Shown here: positions 27,817-41,300 of the stretch, piece after piece
Position numbering within the stretch: the stretch's first letter is position 1
Layout: every line of letters starts with the position of its first letter
Source: Gammaproteobacteria bacterium
GTDB lineage: Bacteria; Pseudomonadota; Gammaproteobacteria; Eutrophobiales; Eutrophobiaceae
Direction of reading: 5' to 3'
NCBI GenBank assembly: GCA_965243205.1
Contig: CBDEUK010000002.1
Coordinates: 960,001-1,024,000, forward strand
Length of the DNA: 64,000 nucleotides
Notes under the pieces: generated by a model
The model's input: only the letters and a program-made list of their open reading frames with translations
Told to the model about the DNA's origin: nothing
Database searches by the model: none
Made by a program: the position numbers and the translations under genes

Positions 27817-30243
27817 ATGAAAAATAAAATTAACCGTTCCATGCTGGCTGTCATGGGATTAATGACTTTAAAGGCACAGGCCGTAGGCTTAGGTGAGCTG
27901 GTCGTCCATTCTAAGTTGGGTGAACCTTTAACCGCGGAAATCCAAATTATCCAATCAAATGGAGAATTTCTTGCCGCTGACGATATGATTGTAAATATCG
28001 CGACAGAAAGTGAGCATGCAAAGCGTTCCTTAGATGGCTATCTAGCAAGACAGAATTTACAGCTACAACTTACTGAAACCTTAAGCGACGATGTGTCTCT
28101 TAAACTAAGTTCAAATCAACCAATTAATGAACCATTCTTAAATTTCTTAATTGAGCTTAAATGGAATGCTGGTCGTATTATTAAAGAGTTTACTATTCTG
28201 TTAGATCCTCCAGGCTTCCAAGCAGAAAAAACATCAACAACAATAGCTCCAATCGCTACAACTGCTATTGTTACTAAAACACCAACGACAACAAAACAAA
28301 CATATCGTTTTGAGCCAGCTAAAAAAGCTGTTTCAAACACCCCATATACCAATGGCCAATATGGTCCAGTGCAATCTGGTGAAACCTTATCTGAAATCGC
28401 AATGCGAGTAAGGCCTGCAGGTTATGGCATTGCTTTGGTAGATATGATTGAAGCGATTTATGTTAGTAATCAAGCTGCTTTTATAAATGGCGATAAAAAT
28501 TTATTACAACGTGGTGTTATTTTATCCATACCCGAAGTTAACACTGTACTTGCTGGATCAGAAACATCAATACAGTCTGTTGAGACAATAACAAATAAAG
28601 CTCAAAACGATATTGAACCTGTTGAAATTCACTTTGCCTCGATGTCACAAAGTATAGACCTTAACACTTCTTATACTTTCTCAGGTTTAAAATTAAGTAC
28701 AGAACTGGATCGATCATTTCTTGAAGTTGCACAAGCAATGGTAATTGAATCAGCAGAACCTGTTAGCGAATTAAACGAATCTCAAGTAATTACTGAAATA
28801 GAAACTGAAGCTTCCGAAATAGAATCTTCTGTCATTACTGAAGTTGAACAAGAGGTAGTTGAATACACTTCTGAAACACCAGTTATTAATTCTGAAGAGA
28901 TAATAAATGAAACATCTACTGAAGTATTGGATAACGATGTTGAACTTGAAAACAATCAAATCATTGTTGAAACTGAAGCAACAGAAGCTGTTATTGAATC
29001 AACTGTTGATCCTATTGAAGCAACTAACAACGCTGAATCCGAAACAGAAACAAAAAGCTCATCTTCAGCAAACCCTATATATTTAGTGATTTCTGTCATT
29101 GGAGCTATATTATTCTTATCAATGAGTGCGTTGTTAATTTATTTTAGAAGAAATAAAGAAGAAGCTGTTCGTCCTAATATTAATTTAAATATTGATAAAG
29201 CTAACACTATACCGCCTCGTGTATTCGTTAATGAAAAATCGAACGATAATGCTGACGAAAACATTCATATCATTAAAGAAACTGCTGCTGAAAATGTTAA
29301 TTCAGAAACTATTGATCTTATGGATATGGAACAAACTATTTCTGAAAAAACTGGGCACATTGCAACCGTTGTTATGTCACCAGAAGAATTTGCTGAAGTA
29401 GGAGTTAATATTAATTTAAAAGAAGATGAAACTAATTCATCAACAGACGACGAAGCGTTAATTAAAGATTTTCTAAATACCGTTGAAATACCTGACAACA
29501 TAGACGAAGAACATACCATAGAAGAACATTCGGATTTTTCTATCGTCGAAAAATCAAATGAACACGACATTCAAACTGAACATGATGAAACGTTTATCGA
29601 TATCAGTGTTCCATTAAATCATAATGATAATGAAGTAAATACAATCATTAATGAAATCCTCGAAGGCGAGCTTGAAAAAGCACCTGAAAATGATTCTTTG
29701 ATTATTGAATCGGAGAATGATTATATTGATGTTCCTGAAACAACAACAGCAACTGATGATTTAGAGCTTAAAACAATCACAGAAAATATAGCTGAAATGA
29801 AAAAGGATTCTGAGCTAATTGATTTAGACAGTGATTTAGGACCTTCGAACGAATTTGAACCATTAGAATTTAGTGATGATGTATACGAAGCACCTGAAGT
29901 ATTGGATTCTCCTAACATTGAAGATTTAGTCGTCAACTTCCAAACATCGCACCCTGAAAAAGAATTTGAAAAACAAGTTTCTGTTTTTATGGCATATGGT
30001 GATTATGTTGGTGCAGAAGATGTAATTGAGAAAGCATTAAAAGAGTCTCCAGAAAATAACACTTATCGTTTAGCACAATTAAGTCTTTATAAAGCTACTG
30101 GAAAATTTGGTGCCGCTTTAGTTCTATCGGAAGAATTGAATTTAATCAAACACGATTTGACTGAAATAGAACAAAAGAAATTAGAGTTACTCAGTGATGA
30201 TTTGAATCCGGCAGATGATGATTCAATCAACTTTGCTTCGTAA
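27817..30243 (+). CDS. fimV: FimV/HubP-family polar landmark protein
   Basis: GLGELVVHSKLGEPL, EPFLNFLIELKW, LysM-like VQSGETLSEIA, TM, acidic cytoplasmic region. Confidence 0.8.
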   Translation: MKNKINRSMLAVMGLMTLKAQAVGLGELVVHSKLGEPLTAEIQIIQSNGEFLAADDMIVNIATESEHAKRSLDGYLARQNLQLQLTETLSDDVSLKLSSNQPINEPFLNFLIELKWNAGRIIKEFTILLDPPGFQAEKTSTTIAPIATTAIVTKTPTTTKQTYRFEPAKKAVSNTPYTNGQYGPVQSGETLSEIAMRVRPAGYGIALVDMIEAIYVSNQAAFINGDKNLLQRGVILSIPEVNTVLAGSETSIQSVETITNKAQNDIEPVEIHFASMSQSIDLNTSYTFSGLKLSTELDRSFLEVAQAMVIESAEPVSELNESQVITEIETEASEIESSVITEVEQEVVEYTSETPVINSEEIINETSTEVLDNDVELENNQIIVETEATEAVIESTVDPIEATNNAESETETKSSSSANPIYLVISVIGAILFLSMSALLIYFRRNKEEAVRPNINLNIDKANTIPPRVFVNEKSNDNADENIHIIKETAAENVNSETIDLMDMEQTISEKTGHIATVVMSPEEFAEVGVNINLKEDETNSSTDDEALIKDFLNTVEIPDNIDEEHTIEEHSDFSIVEKSNEHDIQTEHDETFIDISVPLNHNDNEVNTIINEILEGELEKAPENDSLIIESENDYIDVPETTTATDDLELKTITENIAEMKKDSELIDLDSDLGPSNEFEPLEFSDDVYEAPEVLDSPNIEDLVVNFQTSHPEKEFEKQVSVFMAYGDYVGAEDVIEKALKESPENNTYRLAQLSLYKATGKFGAALVLSEELNLIKHDLTEIEQKKLELLSDDLNPADDDSINFAS

Positions 30244-30251
30244 GTTTTAAG

Positions 30252-30899
30252 TTATTTCACTTTCCACTGATTCACAATCATACAAAACAAACGTGCAGTT
30301 TGCTCTGCATCGTAACGCGCTGAATGCGCTTCTTTGGCATCCCATTCTAATCCAGCTTCCTTAGCAGCTCTTGCTAACACCGTTTGGCCATAAGCTAAAC
30401 CAGCTAACGACACAGTATCAAAGGTACTGAATGGGTGAAATGGATTACGTTTGATTTTACAACGATCGGCCGCAGCATTTACAAACGACAAATCAAATGA
30501 TGCATTGTGGCCAACTAAAATCGCTTTACGACAATGATGTGATTTAATTTTCTTTCGTATTAATTGAAAAATTTCAGCTAGGCCATCTTGCTCAGACACA
30601 GCAATCTGTTTTCGAAATGGATGTTCAGGATTAATACCCGTAAATTCTAATGCTGCTGGATCTAAGTTAGCTCCTTCAAACGGTTGAATGTGTTTGCTAA
30701 TCGTTTCATCCAATACCCATTGACCGTCGTTATCCACTGTAAGTGTTACCGCAGCGACTTCAAGTAAGGCATCTGTGTTAGGATTAAAACCTGCCGTTTC
30801 AACATCCACCACAATCGGTAAAAAACCACGAAACCGATTAGCCGCAACAGAACCTAAATCAGCATTCACGTTATTATCTAATTCGTGACTGTCTTCCAT
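30252..30899 (-). CDS. rnt: Ribonuclease T
   Basis: [36 protein letters not shown]; start at ATG 30899. Confidence 0.95.
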   Translation of the reverse strand: MEDSHELDNNVNADLGSVAANRFRGFLPIVVDVETAGFNPNTDALLEVAAVTLTVDNDGQWVLDETISKHIQPFEGANLDPAALEFTGINPEHPFRKQIAVSEQDGLAEIFQLIRKKIKSHHCRKAILVGHNASFDLSFVNAAADRCKIKRNPFHPFSTFDTVSLAGLAYGQTVLARAAKEAGLEWDAKEAHSARYDAEQTARLFCMIVNQWKVK

Positions 30900-31918
30900 C
30901 TCATCTCTTCTCCTGCAGCAAACGGAATCAGATATGTGTTCGCAAGTGGTAATTGTTTTGGAACAGTCCAAGTGGTTTGTTCTATTGTGATTGTGCCCTC
31001 ATTCAAAGGTAAACCATAAAATTCTGCTCCATATTTTGAAGCGAAATTTTCTAGTTTATCCATAGCATCTGCTTGAGAAAAAATCTCAGCATAAAGCTCA
31101 ATCGCATTAAACGCTGAATATATGCCTGCACAACCACAATCCGATTCTTTTTTTGCATGTGAATGCGGCGCACTATCTGTGCCGAGAAAAAAACGCGAAT
31201 CGCCACCAGTTGCTGCGTTAAAAATAGCTTCACGATGTTGTTCAGCTTTTAAGATCGGTAAACAATATCGGTGTGGGCGAATGCCGCCTTCAAATAAAGC
31301 GTTACGATTTAACAAACAATGTTGAGGCGTGATTGTAGCAGCGAATTTTTTCTCAACTGAATAAACATAATCAACGGCATGTTTGGTGGTAATATGTTCA
31401 AACACAATCTTAAGATTAGGAAATCGCTTTCTTAACGGTTCCAATATAGTATCGATAAATTTCGCTTCGCGATCGAAAACGTCAACATCTGCATCCGTAA
31501 CTTCACCGTGTAATAGTAACGGAACATCACACTCTTCCATCACACTTAGAACATCGTAAGTTAATTCAATATTTGTCACGCCGCTGTCTGAGTTTGTCGT
31601 AGCACCTGCAGGATAATATTTCACCGCATGGATATGTTCGGACTGTTGTAATAATTTGATCTCTTGAGGATCGGTATTATCAGTTAAATACAACGTCATT
31701 AATGGTTCAAACGCATTATCATCAGCTAAGGCTTCGATAATTCTTAGACGGTATTGCAACGCTTGTTCACAAGTTGTAATCGGCGGCTTTAAATTAGGCA
31801 TGATAATGGCTCTAGAAAACTGTCGTGCTGTATGGCCTACAACAGCTTTTAATTCTTCGCCATCACGGACATGCAAATGCAAGTCATCGGGTTTTCTGAT
31901 TGTGATTGATGTCATCAA
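30878..31918 (-). CDS. pyrC: Dihydroorotase
   Basis: [31 protein letters not shown]. Confidence 0.96.
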   Translation of the reverse strand: MMTSITIRKPDDLHLHVRDGEELKAVVGHTARQFSRAIIMPNLKPPITTCEQALQYRLRIIEALADDNAFEPLMTLYLTDNTDPQEIKLLQQSEHIHAVKYYPAGATTNSDSGVTNIELTYDVLSVMEECDVPLLLHGEVTDADVDVFDREAKFIDTILEPLRKRFPNLKIVFEHITTKHAVDYVYSVEKKFAATITPQHCLLNRNALFEGGIRPHRYCLPILKAEQHREAIFNAATGGDSRFFLGTDSAPHSHAKKESDCGCAGIYSAFNAIELYAEIFSQADAMDKLENFASKYGAEFYGLPLNEGTITIEQTTWTVPKQLPLANTYLIPFAAGEEMRWKTVTN

Positions 31919-32044
31919 ATTACGTGTTCACGATTAATTTTTTCAATGCGCAAAACTATCATACTTGCTGCTTTGTGTCTGATTGATTTTCCATTGTTGG
32001 ATTGCCCTTTGAGTAGATTGAGGATACTCTTGAGCCATATAAAT

Positions 32045-32072
32045 TTGAGTATTTTTTTTCTGGAATACTCAA
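32045..32072. promoter_or_regulatory. Inverted repeat upstream of peroxiredoxin
   Basis: ttgagtatt-N10-aatactcaa; operator or 5-prime UTR hairpin. Confidence 0.3.
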
Positions 32073-32100
32073 CAATAATCACTCTATCTGGAGATACATA

Positions 32101-32760
32101 ATGCCATTACGAATCGGAGACGAAGCACCCAACTTCACCGCAGAAACCACAGAAGGCACGATTAATTTTCATGAATGGATAGGCGATGGTTGGGCTATAT
32201 TATTTTCGCATCCTAAAGACTTCACACCTGTTTGCACCACAGAATTGGGTTACATGGCAAAATTAAAGCCAGAATTCGATAAACGAAATACTCAAATTAT
32301 AGGTTTAAGTATCGACTCAGTTGAAGACCATAATGCGTGGAAGGGCGATATCGAAGAAACTCAAGGCACAGCCGTCAACTATCCGATGATAGCCGATACA
32401 GATATGGCCGTCGCAAAGTTATACGACATGATCCACCCTAATGCCTCTGGCCCAGCCAAAGAACGAACAGCTGTCGATAATGCGACGATTCGTTCAGTGT
32501 TTGTTGTAGGACCAGATAAATGTATCAAACTAATGATTACTTATCCAATGAGTACTGGCCGTAACTTTGATGAAATCCTGCGCGTTTTGGATTCAATGCA
32601 ATTAACTGCAAAACACACTGTAGCAACTCCAGTAAATTGGCAGCCTGGCGAAGATGTCATTATTCCACCTGCTGTGAGTGATGAAGCTGCAAAGGAAAAA
32701 TATCCTGAAGGTTGGGACACTAAGAAACCATATCTTCGTTATGTCAAACAACCTGGCTAA
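32101..32760 (+). CDS. 1-Cys peroxiredoxin (Prx6 family)
   Basis: FSHPKDFTPVCTTE, YPMSTGRNFDE. Confidence 0.95.
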   Translation: MPLRIGDEAPNFTAETTEGTINFHEWIGDGWAILFSHPKDFTPVCTTELGYMAKLKPEFDKRNTQIIGLSIDSVEDHNAWKGDIEETQGTAVNYPMIADTDMAVAKLYDMIHPNASGPAKERTAVDNATIRSVFVVGPDKCIKLMITYPMSTGRNFDEILRVLDSMQLTAKHTVATPVNWQPGEDVIIPPAVSDEAAKEKYPEGWDTKKPYLRYVKQPG

Positions 32761-32787
32761 TACATAGAGGTAAAGTGAGTACTGGTT

Positions 32788-33831
32788 ATGGAATATCGTC
32801 AACTAGGTAGAACCGATATAAAAGTATCCGAGCTTTGTTTGGGTACAATGACTTGGGGCAAACAAAACTCCGAAGCCGAAGCCCATGAACAACTCAATTA
32901 TGCCATTGATGATATAGGCATTAACTTTATTGATGTGGCTGAAATGTACCCTGTTCCTCCTGAAGCAGAAACTCAAGGCCTTACAGAACAATATGTCGGT
33001 ACATGGTTAGCTAAACGCCATGATAGAAAAAAATTAATCCTTGCTACGAAAGTGGCTGCGTCTGCTGATTGGCTACCTTATTTACGTAGTGGCCAAAATA
33101 AACTTGATAAAAAAAATATAGAATCAGCTTTAAATGCCAGTTTAACCCGTTTGCAAACAGATTATATCGATCTTTATCAACTACACTGGCCTGAACGTGA
33201 TACTAATTACTTTGGACAATTAAATTATTATCATGCGCCTGATAAAGATGGTGTACCAATCGAAGAAACTTTGTCAGTGTTAAATGATTTAGTGAAAGCA
33301 GGAAAAATTCGTTATATAGGTATTTCTAATGAAACACCTTGGGGTATGGCTGAATATTTGCGTTTATCAGAACAGCAAAGCTTACCCAGAATTGTCAGTA
33401 TTCAAAATCCTTATAACTTATTAAATCGTACTTTCGAAATCGGCTTGGCTGAGTTTGCCCATCGAGAACAAGTCGGTTTATTAGCTTACTCGCCATTAGG
33501 TTTTGGCGTCTTAAGTGGTAAGTATCGTAACAATCAAAAACCAGAAGGTGGCCGTCTAACCTTATTTGATCGCTTTGGACGTTATACCAATGATGAAGGT
33601 GTTAAAATGACGGAAGCTTATTGCAAATTAGCTGAAGATAATAATTTAGACCCTGCTCAAATGGCATTAGCTTATGTAACATCACGACCTTTTGTTACCA
33701 GTAATATTATTGGTGCCACGACAATGGAACAACTTAAAATTAACACTGCAAGCAACTATATCAATTTAAACAAAGATATCATCAAAGAAATAGAAGCTTT
33801 ACACAAACAACAACCAAACCCTTGTCCTTAA
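32788..33831 (+). CDS. tas: NADP(H)-dependent aldo-keto reductase
   Basis: LCLGTMTWG, AEMYPVPP, DLYQLHWP, SIQNPYNLLNR. Confidence 0.9.
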   Translation: MEYRQLGRTDIKVSELCLGTMTWGKQNSEAEAHEQLNYAIDDIGINFIDVAEMYPVPPEAETQGLTEQYVGTWLAKRHDRKKLILATKVAASADWLPYLRSGQNKLDKKNIESALNASLTRLQTDYIDLYQLHWPERDTNYFGQLNYYHAPDKDGVPIEETLSVLNDLVKAGKIRYIGISNETPWGMAEYLRLSEQQSLPRIVSIQNPYNLLNRTFEIGLAEFAHREQVGLLAYSPLGFGVLSGKYRNNQKPEGGRLTLFDRFGRYTNDEGVKMTEAYCKLAEDNNLDPAQMALAYVTSRPFVTSNIIGATTMEQLKINTASNYINLNKDIIKEIEALHKQQPNPCP

Positions 33832-33844
33832 AAATTATAATTAA

Positions 33845-35224
<1,380 letters not shown>

Positions 35225-35249
35225 TCATTAATATGAATTCATAAGCTTT

Positions 35250-36413
35250 ATGAAATTACTTAACGGTTTAAGTCGTAGTGAGTTCTTGCAACAACATTGG
35301 CAAAAAAAACCGTTATTGATTCAACAAGGCATTCCAAAATTTAAATGTCCAATTTCCAAGCAACAATTGTTTGAACTTGCATGCAATGAAATAGTTGAAT
35401 CACGACTCATCATTGAAGATATAAAAGAAAATTCGTGGCAATGCGAATATGGCCCTTTCGAAATTGATAACTTTAAACAATTATCTAACGATAACTGGAC
35501 ATTACTGGTTCAAAGTGTTGATCATTATCATAAAGAAATAGCATTGCTGTTAGATCTGTTTGATTTTATTCCTAATTGGCGAATCGATGATATTATGATC
35601 AGCTATGCTGTGAATGGCGGTAATGTTGGTCCGCATTTGGATCAATACGATGTATTTTTGTTACAAGCCTATGGTGAGCGTCATTGGCACATTAATGAAA
35701 TAGGCTATAGCGATGACGATTTTATCGAGGATCATGAACTTAAGATCTTGTCGGAGTTTGAATCGGAACAAGACTGGATATTAAAACCTGGCGATATTTT
35801 GTATCTACCACCTGGAGTAGCTCATCATGGTATTGCTAAAGGTGAATGCATCACCATATCAATTGGTTTTCGTGCACCTAATGATCATGAATTATTATCT
35901 GCTTTTGTTGATGACATATCGATGAACCCATCATCATTTTTTTATACCGATCCCGAATTAGAATTGCAGAATCATTCTGGCGAAATAAAAAAACACCATA
36001 TTGAATATATTCATCAAATGATGTTGAGCCGTATAGTGCATGATGACGAATTTGAACAATGGTTTGGTCGCTTTATTACAGATAACAGAACGTTTGATGA
36101 AATAGATATATCTGAAATCAATTTTGAAGATTTCGATGTTCTTTATAAGCAACAAAGTAAGTTAACTCGCTACGGCAATGTACGGGTCAGTTATATTCAA
36201 CAGCAGGATCACGTTGATCTTTTTATTGCTGGCCAGCATGAATCATTAAAATTAAATGAACTCGAATTAGTGCAGTTTTTATCAAAGAGCCGTGAATTGC
36301 TTTATGAAAACGTATTAGAACTTTCTAATAGTGAACAGGCTCTCAACCTTTTACATTCTTTTTATCAACAAGGTTTTTATTATTTTGAAGATGAATCTAC
36401 CTTTTCAGATTAA
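35250..36413 (+). CDS. roxA: Ribosomal protein uL16 Arg hydroxylase (JmjC/cupin)
   Basis: WQKKPLLI, WRIDDIMIS, GPHLDQYDVFLLQ, LYLPPG.AHHG; downstream of purB. Confidence 0.9.
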   Translation: MKLLNGLSRSEFLQQHWQKKPLLIQQGIPKFKCPISKQQLFELACNEIVESRLIIEDIKENSWQCEYGPFEIDNFKQLSNDNWTLLVQSVDHYHKEIALLLDLFDFIPNWRIDDIMISYAVNGGNVGPHLDQYDVFLLQAYGERHWHINEIGYSDDDFIEDHELKILSEFESEQDWILKPGDILYLPPGVAHHGIAKGECITISIGFRAPNDHELLSAFVDDISMNPSSFFYTDPELELQNHSGEIKKHHIEYIHQMMLSRIVHDDEFEQWFGRFITDNRTFDEIDISEINFEDFDVLYKQQSKLTRYGNVRVSYIQQQDHVDLFIAGQHESLKLNELELVQFLSKSRELLYENVLELSNSEQALNLLHSFYQQGFYYFEDESTFSD

Positions 36414-36819
36414 ACACGTTCAATGGCAACAAGCAGCTGAAGAACTAAAAAATATCCGAACTGAGGTATTCATCAAAGAACAGAATGTACCTGAGGAACT
36501 AGAATGGGATGAGGAAGATCATATTTGTAAGCATCTATTAGTGTTGCATAATGAACAACCTATTGCGACTGCTCGTATATTGCAAACAGGTCAAATAGGT
36601 CGTATGGCCGTGTTAAAAAATTATCGTAATCAAGGTATTGGTACCGCTATGCTTAAAAACTTACTGGAACTGGCAACGGCCATGCAACTACAGTCAGTTT
36701 TTTTAAATGCTCAAATAGAAGCAATATCTTTTTACAAAAAATTCGGATTTATAGAACAAGGTGATTTATTTAATGATGCAGGGATTATGCATAAAAGAAT
36801 GATAAAAACATTTGAATAA
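36391..36819 (+). CDS. GNAT acetyltransferase (ElaA-like)
   Basis: IRTEVFIKEQNVP, IGRMAV, RNQGIG. Confidence 0.9.
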   Translation: MNLPFQIKHVQWQQAAEELKNIRTEVFIKEQNVPEELEWDEEDHICKHLLVLHNEQPIATARILQTGQIGRMAVLKNYRNQGIGTAMLKNLLELATAMQLQSVFLNAQIEAISFYKKFGFIEQGDLFNDAGIMHKRMIKTFE

Positions 36820-36838
36820 TAACTGAGTAAATTTAACT

Positions 36839-37351
36839 ATGTTGAACTTAAGTAATTATGTCCTTGCAGAAACCAAACAAGCAGATGAAATAAACAATCG
36901 TGAAGAAAATGCGTCTACAGCAGAAACAATGGCGAAACAAGCTACACGTTTTATTGACATCTGTAGTCGTGAACTAGATCCTTTTATCTACGACCAAACA
37001 GGATTAGTTATAGCGGTAAAAAAGCTCGCTATCTCTAATCGACACGCCAAAATTCGCATTCTACTAGCTGAACCAGAACGCATCATTAAACGCGGTCATC
37101 GTCTGCTCGATTTAGCATTTGATCTCACAAGTTTTATCGAACTCAGAAAACTCAGTCATGAGAATAAAGACTTCAATGAGGGCATATTAATTGCAGATAG
37201 AGCAGGTTATATACATCGAAAAAATGATGCACGTTACGAAGGAAAATTTAATTTTAATGATTTGAAATTTTCCCAACAATTGCTGTCTAAATTTGATGAT
37301 CTGTGGGAAACCGCTAAACCTGATCCGAATCTACGACGAGTAACTATATGA
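36839..37351 (+). CDS. Conserved hypothetical protein
   Basis: Full ORF in the roxA-GNAT gene run. Confidence 0.7.
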   Translation: MLNLSNYVLAETKQADEINNREENASTAETMAKQATRFIDICSRELDPFIYDQTGLVIAVKKLAISNRHAKIRILLAEPERIIKRGHRLLDLAFDLTSFIELRKLSHENKDFNEGILIADRAGYIHRKNDARYEGKFNFNDLKFSQQLLSKFDDLWETAKPDPNLRRVTI

Positions 37352-38232
37352 GATCAAATTATTCGCTCACTAAATTTTTTTTATTGAGCTTGGTAATTTT
37401 CACCATTACACAACCTATTAGCGGTAAAGCTGAAACGATGATGTTTGAAATCATCCCGTTGCAGCATAGTCTGCTTGAGGATGTATTACCTGTTGTACAA
37501 CCACTAGTCGTAGAAGGTGGTACTGTCACAGGAATGAACGATCAGCTAATCATTCGTACAACTCATTCCAATATGCTCGAAATCAAGCAAGTATTGCGTT
37601 CTATTGATACCCCACCTCGTCGGTTGATGATCTCAGTTAAACAAGACGTTAGTGGCAATTTTGCACGAAATGAACATGGGATCTCTGGACGTTATAAAAG
37701 TGGTGATGTCACAGTTGGAACAGGACGTGACCGAGGTGATGGTGCTAGTGTCGCCATCCGTGATAAAGATGGCAATGTTCTGAGATACAGAACTTTATCA
37801 ACCGAATCGGATATCGACGATCGCAACACATTTAAAGTCCAAACCATTGCAGGGCAACCGGCCTTCATACAACAAGGCAGTTCTGTTCCTATCGCTAATC
37901 AACAAACTTTTGTCACTCCAGGCGGTGTGGTTGTTCAAAATGGTGTTGAATATCGTGATGTCACCTCTGGCTTTTATATCCTACCGCGAATTAATGGTAA
38001 CCGCGTAACCTTATTCATCTCACCAAAACTACAAAAGGTAAACCCTTATGACAATGGTACGTTTGATCTGCAAAATATCGAGACCACTGCCAGCGGCTAT
38101 TTAGGAGAATGGATTCAAATCGGTGGCATAGACGAAGATTTCAAAGGCAAAAACTCTCGTTATTTCTCCAGCAGCCGCAGCCAAAGCCAAGAAGCTCGAC
38201 AAGTCCTCATAAAAGTCGACGAAATTTTATAA
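37348..38232 (+). CDS. Short secretin-like (NolW/N-domain) protein
   Basis: Signal peptide, IPLQH, QLIIRT, IDTPPRRLMISV, GEWIQIGG. Confidence 0.75.
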   Translation: MRSNYSLTKFFLLSLVIFTITQPISGKAETMMFEIIPLQHSLLEDVLPVVQPLVVEGGTVTGMNDQLIIRTTHSNMLEIKQVLRSIDTPPRRLMISVKQDVSGNFARNEHGISGRYKSGDVTVGTGRDRGDGASVAIRDKDGNVLRYRTLSTESDIDDRNTFKVQTIAGQPAFIQQGSSVPIANQQTFVTPGGVVVQNGVEYRDVTSGFYILPRINGNRVTLFISPKLQKVNPYDNGTFDLQNIETTASGYLGEWIQIGGIDEDFKGKNSRYFSSSRSQSQEARQVLIKVDEIL

Positions 38233-38318
38233 CAACTCCCTTTTCCCCGCTGCATGTGTGGGCTAATGCTGCTAAAATCCCCGCTTTATTTTTCAGCACG
38301 TAATTTAAACAGAAATCT

Positions 38319-41300
38319 ATGCATATCATTCACGGTGCTCCAGCGGCATCTTCATTTCGCCTTACAAAATATTTACAACGTCTGCAAGAAATTGAGCCTA
38401 GTATCACGAAGCTACAAAGCCACTATATCCACTTAATCGAATCTGCACAGCCAATAAGTGAAACAGAAACATTACAATTAGAACAATTATTGGATGTTGA
38501 GAATGCAACTAACCAACCTGTTTCATCTAATCAATTATTCGTAACACCTAGACCGGGTACGATTTCCCCTTGGTCCAGTAAAGCAACGGATATTTTGCAT
38601 AATTGTGGTCTCAAGAATATCGTTCGAATTGAACGTGGTATTAACTGGAGTATTGAAACGCAATCGAATGCTCCTTTAGGCACATCAGTCATTGAAGAAC
38701 TCGCTGACATCTTGCACGATCGAATGACGGAATCTGTATTTGTTGCTACTGAAGAACTTGAACAATTATTCAGTCATATCAACCCAAAACCTTTGAACAG
38801 CGTTCCTGTATTGGAACAAGGCAAGCAAGCCTTAGCAAAAGCCAATAACGATTTAGGCCTGGCATTATCTGAAATCGAAATTGAATACCTTCTCAAAGCT
38901 TATAACGACTTAGGACGTGATCCTACCGATGTCGAACTCATGATGTTTGCCCAAGCTAACTCTGAACATTGTCGTCATAAAATTTTTAATTCCGCATGGA
39001 CTATTGATGGAAAGAAACAAGACGCAACCTTGTTCGGCATGATTCGAGAAACGCATAAAACAAACCCTGGTCGTGTGCTATCGGCTTATAGCGATAATGC
39101 CGCCGTGATTAATGGATACGATGCCGCCAGATTTTTTCCAAACAATGAATCTCATCAATACGATTACAGTGAAGAAACCGTAAATGTCTTGATGAAAGTA
39201 GAAACACATAATCATCCAACCGCGATATCACCATTACCGGGGGCCGCAACAGGCTCAGGTGGAGAAATTCGAGATGAAGCAGCAACTGGGCGTGGCGGTA
39301 AACCCAAGGCTGGTTTAACTGGTTTTTCTGTTTCAAACTTAAACATACCCAATTTTAAACAAGCTTGGGAAAACGATTACGGTAAACCCGATCGTATTGT
39401 CTCAGCACTGGATATTATGATCGAAGGGCCTGTTGGTGGTTCTGCGTTTAACAATGAGTTTGGTCGGCCTAATCTAACTGGCTACTTTCGTAGTTACGAA
39501 CAATACGATGAATCAACGCAACGGGTACGTGGTTATCACAAACCGATCATGATTGCAGGTGGTTATGGTTCCGTTCGTCCCGACCATGTTTTAAAACATC
39601 GAATTCCTGCTGGTGCACAATTAATTGTATTAGGTGGCCCAGCAATGTTAATCGGTTTAGGTGGTGGCGCTGCGTCATCTATGGCATCTGGCAGCAGCCA
39701 AGAAGATTTAGACTTTGCCTCAGTACAACGACATAACCCAGAAATTCAACGCCGTTGCCAAGAAGTCGTCGACCGGTGTTGGGCCTTAGGTGATAAGAAC
39801 CCAATCATTTCCATACATGATGTTGGCGCAGGTGGTTTATCGAATGCTCTGCCTGAACTTGTTAGCGATTGCGATCGTGGCGCTGTTTTTCAATTACGTG
39901 AAATACCAAACGATGAACCTGGTATGTCACCTATGGAGATTTGGTGTAACGAAGCTCAAGAACGTTACGTATTAGCGATAGCTAAAGAAAGTGTTGAGCA
40001 ATTTGATCAACTGTGTAAACGCGAACGCGCACCATATGCAGTCTTAGGTCACGCAACAGAAGAGCAACAATTAGTGTTAAACGATGAATTGTTTAACAAC
40101 AAACCGATCGATATGCCTTTATCGGTTTTACTTGGCAAATTGCCACAGATGCAACGTTCGACAGAACATGTTGAAAGCAAATCGAGTGCGATTCAAACTG
40201 ATAAAATTGAAATAAACGATGCAATAGAACGCTTACTGCAATTACCGACGATTGCGGACAAACGTTTTTTAATCACGATTGGTGACCGCAGTGTTTCTGG
40301 TTTGGTCTGTCGAGATCAAATGGTTGGACCATGGCAAATACCTGTGGCTGATTGCGCTGTAACGGCCAGTGGTTATGGTTATTACGTCGGTGAAGCGATG
40401 GCAATGGGTGAACGCACACCGCTTGCCTTAATTGATTCCGCAGCTTCTGCACGCATGGCACTAGCAGAATCCATTACTAACATTGCTGCAGCACGTATCA
40501 TGCAAATCAATGATATTTCTTTATCGGCGAATTGGATGGCTGCCTGTGGCCAATTAGATGAGGATGCAAAACTGTATGACGCCGTTGAAGCAATCAGTAC
40601 TTTATGCCAGCAATTAGGAATTTGTATCCCCGTTGGTAAAGATTCGTTATCCATGAATACTGTGTGGCAAGAGCGTGAACAAACAAAACAAGTTACCTCG
40701 CCTCTGTCATTAATTGTTACTGCGTTTGCACCAGTAGTCGATATTCGACAAAGCTTAACGCCTCTACTTTCTCAAGAAGAAGACAATACTGTCCTGTTAT
40801 TGATTGACTTAGCGCAAGGTAAACAGCGCTTAGGCGGTTCTTGTTTAGCACAAGTGTTTGAGCAAATTGGTGATGAATCACCTGATCTAGAAAATCCTAA
40901 TGCCTTAATTGATTTCTTTCAAACTATTCAAATATTGAATGAGATGGGTTTATTGTTAGCTTATCATGATCGTTCTGATGGTGGCCTATATACGACATTA
41001 GCTGAAATGTGTTTAGCCTCACGACAAGGCTTGGATATCGATATCAGTTTATTAGGTAATGATGCTTTATCTATTTTATTCAATGAAGAACTTGGTGCTG
41101 TCATACAAATACGAGAAGAATCTCTTAATGTTGTATTAGATACATTTAATCAATCACAAAATCTATCTGGTCATGTACATGTACTTGGTAAACCTACCAA
41201 CAATAAACAACTAATCATTCATCACAATAAACAAGAATTAAGTAATCATTCACTAGAAACATTACAAAAACATTGGTCCGCTACGAGTTATCACATTCAA

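Noticed and set aside
30900-30971. N-terminal extensions of rnt here and of kdsA (51704-51850) and GNAT (36331-36390) in the ORF track
   Set aside because: They overlap upstream genes; internal ATGs give family-typical starts
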